A DNA stretch of 63,300 nucleotides, the filler included, from Rhabdomonas costata (Eukaryota): the NCBI GenBank assembly GCA_019059605.1. It is 57 parts of 57 records of this genome, joined end to end, with 100 filler letters (N's around TTAATTAATTAA, not from the genome) between each part and the next. Parts side by side here need not be neighbours in the genome. Positions count along the whole stretch, not along the records: positions 53,391 to 54,402 come from JAHMHO010033649.1; positions 54,503 to 55,518 come from JAHMHO010033650.1; positions 55,619 to 56,630 come from JAHMHO010033651.1; positions 56,731 to 57,741 come from JAHMHO010033652.1; positions 57,842 to 58,853 come from JAHMHO010033653.1; positions 58,954 to 59,965 come from JAHMHO010033654.1; positions 60,066 to 61,077 come from JAHMHO010033655.1; positions 61,178 to 62,188 come from JAHMHO010033656.1; 49 more parts are not named here. One strand, written 5' to 3'. The position numbers and the translations under genes were made by a program. The first letter of the stretch is position 1, and each line of letters starts with the position of its first letter. Shown here in pieces: positions 53,779-63,300 of the stretch. The notes beneath the pieces were generated by a model. It was not told the DNA's origin. It ran no database searches and worked only from the letters and a program-made list of their open reading frames with translations.

Positions 53779-53964
53779 CTCAACCGAGTCGAACTCCTGC
53801 CGCGCTCGAGAGAGGGCCAGCCGGCCCCGCACCCAAGCCTGGATTCGCACCGCACTCCACACACAGAGCTGACGAAGCTCCTCCGCACGCGCCCGACGCT
53901 CCCTCCGCCGCAAAAGCCGCAGCCGAGTCCGCAGCACATTCACCCGCCACCATCGGAATGCCCG
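53779..53964 (-). CDS. Exon with an IQ calmodulin-binding motif
   Basis: SAVRIQAWVRGRLAL (IQxxxRGxxxR-like); CAG acceptor, GTGTAG donor. Confidence 0.65.
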
Positions 53965-53974
53965 CTGCACCACA

Positions 53975-54402
53975 ACACCACAGTACAGCCCTTGACACCT
54001 TCACACAGACATCACCACCAACCACCCCTCGACCTCCTGACCCCTCGAAAGCACACACCCCTCAACCCTCCACAGAAGCAAGAAACACCCTCAGCATCCA
54101 ACAACATCACACCGTAGTACTCAGCTTGGCATCGCAGAACTCACACCCAGGAACCCTCAAAACACACCCTAGCATCAACGTCACACATCAACAGAGTACA
54201 GTCCTGACACACATCAGCATCACCAACCACACCTTGAACCCACAGACCCTCGAAAACACACACCCCTCGACCCTCCAAGACCCTCGCATCACCCTTCAAC
54301 ACACAGCATGGTACTCAGCTTGACATTGACACACTCCAACCCTCAGACCTCACGACCTCACGAAATCCTCACGCCACGAACCCCAGAAGCAACACACCCT
54401 CT
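53975..54402 (+). repeat. Degenerate C/A-rich, strand-skewed repeat; similar tracts at 47830-48030 (G/T-rich) and 3065-3238
   Basis: Recurrent ACCCTC, CAGCATC, ACACACCCCTC and GTACTCAGCTTG sub-motifs. Confidence 0.7.
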
Positions 54403-55423
54403 NNNNNNNNNNNNNNNNNNNNNNNNNNNNNNNNNNNNNNNNNNNNTTAATTAATTAANNNNNNNNNNNNNNNNNNNNNNNNNNNNNNNNNNNNNNNNNN
54501 NNGTTTTGGTGGTAATCGTCAGTGCGTTGTTGCATGTGCGATGGTATATTCGTGACTCTTGGCGGGCGGGTGGGTGTCTCATATCCGCACACGCCCGATT
54601 TCTTTTTCATCACTGGAGCGCTGTGCAGGTACCCTATCGGCACTCGCAGTATAATAATCACAGGAATCCTGAACGCAACGTGGAGGAGTGAAGTGTTATG
54701 GAATTCTCGTCTTCTATGTGTCAGTCCATTCGTCAATGTCCCTTCGTCGATCGCATGCATGATTGCAAATGGCGCATGCGGAATGGAGTGTTCACCGATT
54801 CGGGAGTGGAGCGAGGATGCCCACCGAGTCCCCACTCTGTCCATCTTCTCGCGTATTTGTGCGCGTAAACACCTGGGTGTGGTGCTTGACTTTTGCTCAG
54901 ACGAGACGAAGCCGATTCAGCCCTCCGTCACCTCCAGAACCATGCAAGGGGCCATGCCCCCAAGCTTGCAGAAGTTCACCGTCAGTATGTGCCCTTTCAC
55001 TGCTCTTTGTTCGTGCGCCGTCCACCTCCTCTACATGGCGCCATATCAAGCGCCGAACACCTGGCCTTGCTCGCACTGGCCCTGTGCGCAGAGGAACAAG
55101 TGGAATATAGAGCATCGCAAGAAATCAGAGCCGTTATGCCACCACCAACGGGAATCGACAGACTCGCAGACGCACCACGGCAAAGAGTGTGTGATGTGCT
55201 GCCCGTTCACCCATCCGAAGGAAAAGCTCAAAGGGTTGTTTCCTTGAGAAAAGGCCTCAGGTCCCCAAAGAAGGAAAGAAGCAGAGACCCAGCAATGGAG
55301 CAATGCAATGGTAACCATTGGAAAAGAGCCCAAGTGGCCAACAGCCCGTGAGCCCCAGTCCACAGTGGTCACCAACAACCAAGCAACCAGTCAATCAGGC
55401 AACAGCCAGCGCGCAATGCGCCC

Positions 55424-55465
<42 letters not shown>

Positions 55466-55618
55466 GCGCCTTGGCGCGGTGTGCTGTGGCGTGTCCTTGT
55501 GCTGCTTGTTCTGCACACNNNNNNNNNNNNNNNNNNNNNNNNNNNNNNNNNNNNNNNNNNNNTTAATTAATTAANNNNNNNNNNNNNNNNNNNNNNNNNN
55601 NNNNNNNNNNNNNNNNNN

Positions 55619-56340
55619 TTTCATTCTTTCAGAGCATGGAGCAGCAACAGAGGGCAAATCACGATCTTACTCAGGAGTTGCTGCGCAGAGTGGTTGCTGG
55701 GCCCCCAGCAGAAGGTTCGCAGAGTGGAGGAGGGGCGCCCGCATCGACAGTCCCAGAAGTAGCCGGAGCGTTGCGAAAGTTGCAAGAGAAAGAGGAGCTG
55801 AAGGATTTCCGGACTTCTAGACCAGGTGGCAATCATCTACGCCACAGGAGCTTTGGGATCATACGCCAGAGGGATCGTAGCGCCAGGCCAGACGTTTGCC
55901 GACTGGAAAGATTTTGTTGAAACGCTCAAGAGGCGGCTGTGCGCCCAGACCTGGGACTATAATGTGGTTTGGAGGTTGGAGCAGCTGAAGATGTCAGAAG
56001 GAAACTTTCAGTTTTACCATCAGCAGTTTGTGACTGGGATGAATTTGCTGAAGGGAACGATGTTTGAGAGCGAGACCTTATTGCAGTACCTGTTCGTAAG
56101 AGGCTTGGAAGGGGACATCCAGGCGAAAGTGATGGCGAATCCGAGGAGCCTGAACGAGGCCATGGAAAAGGCCTGGGAGTATTTCCGCAAGCCGAGACCC
56201 CCTCCACAGGTAATCGTTGCTGTACCAGAGGGTGCAGTTCAGAGAAGCATAGCGACGGGGGGCACGGCAATGGATTTAGACGCCATACGATACGGGTACA
56301 CCCCGTTTTCGGGGAGTACGGCATTTCTGACGTCGGGAGA
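55619..56340 (+). mobile_element. gag: Second, damaged copy of the same Ty3/gypsy Gag family
   Basis: Protein closely similar to 44493-45390, but lacks the PEFPKYDGNAANFLPWLISV segment and is frameshifted near 55815. Confidence 0.88.
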
Positions 56341-59207
56341 GCGGAGTGCAGCCGGTGCCACATCCACAGCTTCAAGAGGGGTGTCAGATGTGAGCATGTT
56401 GCGGAGGAATTCAAATCTTATTGAGATGTCGGCGTCTCCGACACTAGCCGCAACAGTGCCAGCTAGTTCAGTGATGTTTTCCACCCCACCACATCATCAG
56501 TTCAACGTGGCGCGCACACATCTACAGAAAGAAGGCCGAATCAAGGCAGAGGAATGTCGGTGTTTCGAGGTCGGGGTTACATGGGAAGAGGACGAGGTTA
56601 TTACCGATCACCGTCACCATCCCGAAGTTGNNNNNNNNNNNNNNNNNNNNNNNNNNNNNNNNNNNNNNNNNNNNTTAATTAATTAANNNNNNNNNNNNNN
56701 NNNNNNNNNNNNNNNNNNNNNNNNNNNNNNTTTGTTGGGGTTCCATTGATCGTTGATTTAGTCGAAATGAGCCGAAAAGGGAGGAGAATCGAGATTGTCC
56801 AAAGATGAGGACTTTTTCATCTGACTGGATTCCTTTCAGCAGCCTGCGTGTTGGGAAAACGTGGCACGCATGTGAAAATGAATAAATTAGTTAGTTTGCA
56901 GGAGAGTGCAGATTGCCCTTGTGAAGTTTTGAGAGGTGTGAGTGCATTTCAAAAAGGTGGTTTTAGGTGGTGTGATGTCAACTACACATTTCAAGCATTT
57001 TGTCACAAACAAACGAGTGCTGTATTTCGCACAGATATCAAGTGGATTAACATTGGCGTGTGGTACGTGGCGATTGGCGCAACAACGCTGCTGACGGGGT
57101 ACTTCGGGGTTTTAGCGATCAGGTGCAATAGCACAAAGCAGACTCCATACATTTCCGTTCGCCTTTGGGCAGAGTTTATGGAGTTTTGTGTCTGTTTCTT
57201 TTTTTTGGAATTATGTAAAGTTGTGAAAGGATACCGAGGGGTTCTAATGCTGTATATATCGCATATTAATCTTATGCCCCCCTGCAAGTATATTAAGAAA
57301 TCATCAATGGCTTGAGTACATATGCCAATCTTTAACGCTTTTTTTTATGGTTGAGCTGTTTAGCAGCTTGGTGCCTCGCAGAGATATGAAACAATTGGGT
57401 AATTTATGGACGATTCTGACGTCGCCGCATTTCCTTGTTCCCAGGTGGCATCAGTTGGACCTTTGCATGCCTATGCACATGCCGAGCTCTATTTTCAACC
57501 GAGGCTGCTTAGCATGCCTAAGGACAGGTCCCATTCGCCCTAACACAGAACGTTGGGTTGATGGCTGCTCTAGGCACCCTTCGAGGACCTTTTTTGAGGT
57601 CTTTATAAAACAGTTTCTTCTTTTCCTTGCCCACTCCATCAACTCATGCTGCTTTGCAACTAAGGCTTATGGTGAGGTTCCGGTACCTCCCGCGAAGCCA
57701 CATCCTGGGCCAGCTCACGGAACCCCACTACCCCCCAAAAANNNNNNNNNNNNNNNNNNNNNNNNNNNNNNNNNNNNNNNNNNNNTTAATTAATTAANNN
57801 NNNNNNNNNNNNNNNNNNNNNNNNNNNNNNNNNNNNNNNNNTTTGTGGTGTGCTCCATAAAGTTGTTGATAATAAAAAAGAAATTTTTCTTTTTTTGTAA
57901 AACGTAAAATTCCTCCCTGGTTGCTTAATACGTTTTCTTAAGCATGAACAAAATTCTATTTTAATTAATTAAAATGGCACGTGTATGTTTTATTTTTGTT
58001 TTCCACACAAAACACTATTTCCGCTTTTTTAAATTCGAAATTTCATCTCTTCGAAATCGATCAATTTCTGAAGATCTCGCAAGAGATGTACCCGCTCAAA
58101 GTTGCATTCTCCGAGGAAACCAAAATTATCTCTTTGGTTTTCTTCATAATTTTCTATTTCGTACAAAAAACATTTACACGCGCGCGGTTGAGTCGTAGTC
58201 TGCGAAGACATCAACCGGAGAAAACCTAAACAAGAAACTGGAAAGACGATGCAAGTTGCACGAGACAAGGTTCGTGCTCCAGCCTAGACGGCCCAATCTC
58301 CAAGGATTTCCGAGCAAACAAGCGAACAATCAAAAAAACTATTTTCACGCACCCACCGGATCTACGAGGCGGGCGCGCATGGACGGTCACACTGAAAAAC
58401 AGAAACTGAAGGGGAAACCCGGCCCAGGACCGAGGCCCGGGCAACAACCAGAAAACGGACAGGGGGCACACACCACACAAAGCACACAAACCCCCAAAGA
58501 GAACACTCGGCACACTAGCTGACAGCGGCAGGTGTGGCAAAATGGAATGTGCACAGAGATATATTTCGGAGTGTTTCGTGTAACCATTCTGGAGAGGGAA
58601 ACTGCAAAGTCCTATTACCCTGCGTACAAAGTGTCTTGCATGTTGGGCTTTGCTTCGCGCAATGAAAATGGTCAGCGAATGAGTGAGCATATATTTTGAC
58701 TCGTACATGAGTAGGTTTTGAAAACGTTGTTGGCACACAAGCAAACGTCCGTAATTGGTGGGCCACCAGGTGGGTCGAAATACAACGTAATCACTCCACA
58801 GTCAAGACGGGTACGCTTGCTGATAGTTCGCCACCAACGTTTTCAAAACAAAANNNNNNNNNNNNNNNNNNNNNNNNNNNNNNNNNNNNNNNNNNNNTTA
58901 ATTAATTAANNNNNNNNNNNNNNNNNNNNNNNNNNNNNNNNNNNNNNNNNNNNGGTTTTTGTGTGTGTGGTCGTGCTTGTTTCAAAGTTGCAGGTTCGGT
59001 AATCAGCATCCGCATTTGTAGGCACCCCGCCGGTGCACCCCGCCTAGGGCAGTCAAGAAGTGGCAGAGGGCTGGCTTGAGGGAAATTCAATCCACTGCGT
59101 GGAGACGGTAGCTCCAGTCAAAAGCCAAGGCTGGGCTACAGCGGCAACATCCTCCCTAATGTTGGCTTGGATTCGACACTACCCAACCCAACCAACCTAA
59201 TTTCCAG

Positions 59208-59900
59208 CGGTCTGGAGGCCTTCGCGAAGTTTGTGCCCCGGGATGTGGTGAAGATGATGCTCAGCGGGGCGATGAGCCGGGACAGCGTGATGGCGTGGAG
59301 GAAGCTCACCGTCATGTTCACCGACATCGTAGGTTTCTGCGCTCTCCGCCAGCTTCCCGCTGTGTCCAAACCCGTTGTCCTCTATGGTGATATATGTCTG
59401 CCTGTCGTTGGATCTTCTCATCTGCCGCAGACACAGTGAGAGTTTGGGGAAGGCTTGTCTCGCACCCCGTCTTCCTCCCTCGCCCCCCTCCTTGAGCCTG
59501 AAACTTGCGTTGGTAGCGTTGAGACTCGGGCTTGGTGCATGTATGTGAGTGCTGATATCGGTCAAGTTCTCGATGTCTTGAGTGCAGCTCCTTGCTGGGT
59601 GCCATGGCGCAGAATTGTGCTTTTTCTCTCACCGTTGCACAGCACCTAGAATCTCTTCCATTGGGGAAGTTTCTTTATATTCCAGAAGAACTTGTGGCCT
59701 CCTTTTGTCCACTTCGCTGTCGCACTTTCGGTTTCTCTTCCTTAGACCTCAGACCTCAGACAGATGGGCCCTTCCGCTTTGGCACAGGGTTCACGTCGAT
59801 TTGCGAGACGATCTCCGCCGAGGACTTAGTTAAGCTGATGGCGGACTTCTTCCAGAGCATGTGCGAGGAAATTGTTGGTACCGGTGGTATCCTGGATAAG
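59208..59900 (+). CDS. Class III adenylate cyclase catalytic domain (N-terminal half, bacterial-like); exons 59208-59332 and 59788-59900
   Basis: FAKFVPRDVV...LTVMFTDIVG|FTSICE...LVKLMADFFQSMCEEIVGTGGILDK; metal-binding Asp and ATP-specifying Lys present. Confidence 0.93.
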
Positions 59901-61177
59901 GTGTGCTGTGGGGCCCATGTCCAGTTCCCAGCACACCTTATCCAGGATACCACCGGTACCAACAANNNNNNNNNNNNNNNNNNNNNNNNNNNNNNNNNNN
60001 NNNNNNNNNTTAATTAATTAANNNNNNNNNNNNNNNNNNNNNNNNNNNNNNNNNNNNNNNNNNNNGTTGGTTGGGAAGGTCGGAAAAAGAAGCACAACCG
60101 ACTTATTCGAGTCGTGATCAAGGCCAACGTCGGCTGGTGGCAGTGCCTCACTCGGATTCCTTGACTCATGAATGAGCTTCGCTTCAGGTTAGCCTTTGCC
60201 TGGTGACTGGTCGTCCTGCAAATAGCGGCTGTCATCCCCATGGTGCTGCCCAGTTCTGACAGCGGAAAAGGTGATTGATTGATTTTTTGCCGGAGAGAAA
60301 GCGGCTACCTGTATTCTTTTTTTGTGTGAAGCGAACAGGTGTTTCTGTTTCCAGGACTGCATGCCCGCACAGACGTGGTGCCAATAGTCCGCAAACATGC
60401 AAGCGTCGGGGGTCCGGCACAAAGTTAACCACATCAAGGCAAGGGAAGAGAAGAAACAAAAAGGTACGCAAAGTGTGTGTAGAAACAGGAGAGGGGATTC
60501 TAGCAGGCAGGGTTGGCCGAGTGAGTTGGCGCGCCGAAAGGGACGCACGGACGCGCGTCACGTGGGAAAAAAAGCAAAAAGAGTTCAACTGGGAGTCAGC
60601 GGGGGAAAACACAGAAACCAAAATTAAGAAGGGAGGACAACACGGAACAAGAATGGGCAAAAGCCGGGTGTCCGCATGTATTTCTTCATGTCTGGGGTCT
60701 TGCAGCCTGCAGCCTCAGATGCGCTTGCATAGTCTCCATCTTCTCCCTGTCAAAACGCCGTGACGCGTCCACTCTCCTTGCCGCCCACGGGTCCCCAGGG
60801 TGTTTCAGGAGTGACCCGCCTGTGTGATCTGAAGGCCTACCAGTTTCTGTGTACCCACGGGAAACATCGCGCAAACAGATATTGGCCCGTCCAAGTGGAG
60901 CTTTTCCAGTAGATGAGGAAGTGTCCTTTCGTCTCTCGTCAAGATGCTTCTTTCCCACCGTTTATCTCCACGTCCACTGCTATCTTGACTGAAGGAGCAA
61001 ATAAAAAAGTAATGGACGGTGCAATATCCCCTCCTCTGGGAAGGCGAGGCAAGCCCCATTCTGTGGCCCCCACCCACNNNNNNNNNNNNNNNNNNNNNNN
61101 NNNNNNNNNNNNNNNNNNNNNTTAATTAATTAANNNNNNNNNNNNNNNNNNNNNNNNNNNNNNNNNNNNNNNNNNNN

Positions 61178-62188
61178 GGGGGGTGGGGTTGTCCACGCAC
61201 AACCTCAGCTTACAGTTCGCTTTGGGAACTAACAACACTCCCGCCCTAAACGGCGATGTCGCCGGCTCGATGAATTCCAAGTCCTGCAGCGACTCCTGAT
61301 CTTCAGCTGGTGACATCCGGTACAGTCTCTGCGCTGGGGCATTACTCTCTGGAAGTAAATCGATCCTATGATATGTCGGTCTCGAAGTGGGGAGTCCACC
61401 TGGCAACTTCTCTGGAAAGAGATGTGCAAACTCCTTGTTCAGCTCCAGTATCTCCTGCGGTACTGGATGCACCTCACAGTCTGGTACACAGACCGTGTGA
61501 TCAACTTCATTGATTAACTTTCCACCGCCTTCCGAGGCGAATTCATCAACTTTTTTCTAGCATTCAACTTTGGTTCCCGCGCTCTCGCTAGCGCTCTCTG
61601 ATCCTCCGCTGTGGGTTACATTTACTCTACTTCTATTGGCTCGTTACTGGTCCTTAAGCATGAGCTCGCCGAAGAGTCTTTGGGCGCGTCCCATGCTAAA
61701 GCTGAAACTTCCTTCCTCATCGCTGCCAAGACTGCCGCTCTTACCACTGTGCTGCTTTTCACCGGCGGGCAGGTTATACAAAACGACTCTGCCACTTGGA
61801 GTGCCTGTATCTCAAAGACTCTCCATTTCCGCTCCACTCTGACCAATCGCCATTTCAGCCCACAAAAGGCTGCACAGCACCAAGAACGGGTAGCCTAAAA
61901 CAATGGGAATCGTAGTCTTTATTACTACCAAAAACAACTTGACAGGCATTGGCCAAAGCCTCCACACCAATATGACAAAATGCGTCACAGACAGCTCTTC
62001 ACCCTTGGCCACTCTAACCGTCAGAGGTTGCTTCAAAGGAAACTGCTGCAAACCCAACTCCATCACCACATCCAAACTCACAAAAGAGTCTGACGCCACC
62101 GAATCCAGGAGCGCTCTTACCTGCTTCTGTCCCACAACAATTGGCAAGAAAAGCAATGGTTGAGGCGGCCGCGGGTCCTTCAAGTTCT
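61178..62188 (-). mobile_element. pol: Degenerate Ty3/gypsy pol: protease, linker and start of reverse transcriptase
   Basis: VRALLDSVASDSFV...IVLGYPFL; LPGGLP...HRIDL...RLYRMSPAE...IEPATSPF...LLVPK...LRLCVD; contains stops and frameshifts. Confidence 0.92.
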
Positions 62189-62915
62189 NNNNNNNNNNNN
62201 NNNNNNNNNNNNNNNNNNNNNNNNNNNNNNNNTTAATTAATTAANNNNNNNNNNNNNNNNNNNNNNNNNNNNNNNNNNNNNNNNNNNNGTGGGTGTGGGC
62301 CAAATCACATCAGGTCGCTGAATTGCCCTTGTCTTCACGGTTGTTCCGCGAGCGAGACCAGTCTGTTGGACCTCGACTGTGGGCAATGTCAGCGACCTGA
62401 TGTGATTTGGCCCAGCCCCACCAACAGATTTTCCTGGCCAGTGTTTCCTGCTCGAGCCCCGAAAAGTCATGTGATAGTGATATTGTCTCTGTCCGGTTTG
62501 GTTTTGGAGTTTGGGATAGAGCTAGCAACCTGCACAGCAGAAACGGCGGTTTCGGGTTGTGCACTGCAGTCTGCAAAAGGGTAGGAAACGAAGGAGATGA
62601 GATGAGATGAGACGGAATGGGATGGGATGGGGATGGACAGACATCGTTCACCGGCAGGGGCACTGTGCGTAGCAAACTGTACAGTTCTGCGCGTTCACAC
62701 ACGCGTGCACATACCCTGTTTGCGCTTAGGGATGAGGTGAATCTTTGAATTGAAAAGAAGCGATTGCACAGGTTTCCCAGTATGCGCATTGTCCAGAGTC
62801 AAGGTGCGCTGTGCGGAGGACTTGTCTCATTCACCCCCACCTCTGCCATTTGCATGCTGTGTTCTGCAAAAGCGCTTTGGACCTGGACACAGGGATGTGG
62901 GTGGGGCTTCTGCAG

Positions 62916-63121
62916 AGGTTCGGGAGCACATCGACCTGTGCTTCCATACCTCGCGGGTGTTCCTGCTGCCCCACCCCGGAATGGCGGTGACCCGGCGGGC
63001 CTACAGCGGGGCCCTGTCTGATGTCGACGCGTGCTTCTTGGGCCTGCTGCACCGCGAGGTGCTGCGGGTGTTCGGCTCGAACTGCGCCCGGCCTACCCCG
63101 GAGCACGCCGCCCAGGAGCAG
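62916..63121 (+). CDS. Atlastin/GBP-family large GTPase exon
   Basis: VREHIDLCFHTSRVFLLPHPGMAVTRRAYSGALSDVDACF matches the atlastin motif RxHIxxCF...FLxPHPG...GxLxDID. Confidence 0.8.
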
Positions 63122-63300
63122 GCACGGGATGTTCTGCCTTAAAAATGTTGGGGGAGGTTCTGCTGAACTCACCACAATGCGCTATGATGTTAAGCACCAC
63201 GTTTAGCATCACTGGGTGCACTTTTTTCGGTCACTTCTGGTACGGTTTGGACGTCATCGGACACTTGACGAGCATAATTTCTTGGTCATGCCCACCACCA

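Noticed and set aside
57957-57974. TTAATTAATTAA without flanking Ns
   Set aside because: Part of a natural AT-rich palindrome (ATTTTAATTAATTAAAAT) inside a contig; coincidental
1013-62288. Regularly spaced TTAATTAATTAA repeat resembling a CRISPR-like or periodic array
   Set aside because: Always embedded in N runs; it is an artificial six-frame-stop linker
96-63206. Most short ORFs in the supplied six-frame track
   Set aside because: They are antisense shadows of GC3-rich exons, intron read-through, or run into N spacers, and show no recognisable motifs
1-63300. Gene neighbourhoods, such as a kinase next to a Cache exon or a cyclase next to pol, read as a linked system
   Set aside because: Adjacent contigs appear ordered by length, not genomic position, so no synteny can be inferred

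Overview
This window is not contiguous DNA. It is about 57 unrelated ~1.01-kb contigs joined by an artificial 100-nt spacer (N44-TTAATTAATTAA-N44). The G/T-only contig ends, a recurring 17-mer adaptor and terminal fold-back inversions suggest a whole-genome-amplified (single-cell type) library. The source is an intron-rich eukaryote using the standard genetic code, with (TTAGGG)n-type repeats and an axonemal dynein. It is most plausibly a euglenozoan or euglenid-like flagellate, but that is an inference. Most ORF-track entries are spurious; real genes appear as short spliced exons. Recognisable fragments are three class III nucleotide cyclases, two Cache-like sensor exons, a histidine-kinase ATPase domain, UBR-type E3 ligase, dynein heavy chain, TatD, PPP phosphatase, ABC-F and ABCG proteins, an atlastin-like GTPase, a midasin-like AAA+ module, EGF, sushi and Ig-like extracellular modules, and five Ty3/gypsy gag or pol pieces. 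The most notable biological signals are a strongly shifted 5' splice-site consensus (GTGYG rather than GTRAG, plus candidate GCAYG donors), an apparently very large receptor-cyclase signalling expansion, and animal-like modules including a phase 1-1 sushi exon. No operon, CRISPR array or multi-gene system can be supported, because neighbouring contigs are not physically linked. All product calls rest on motif recognition by eye, not database searches.
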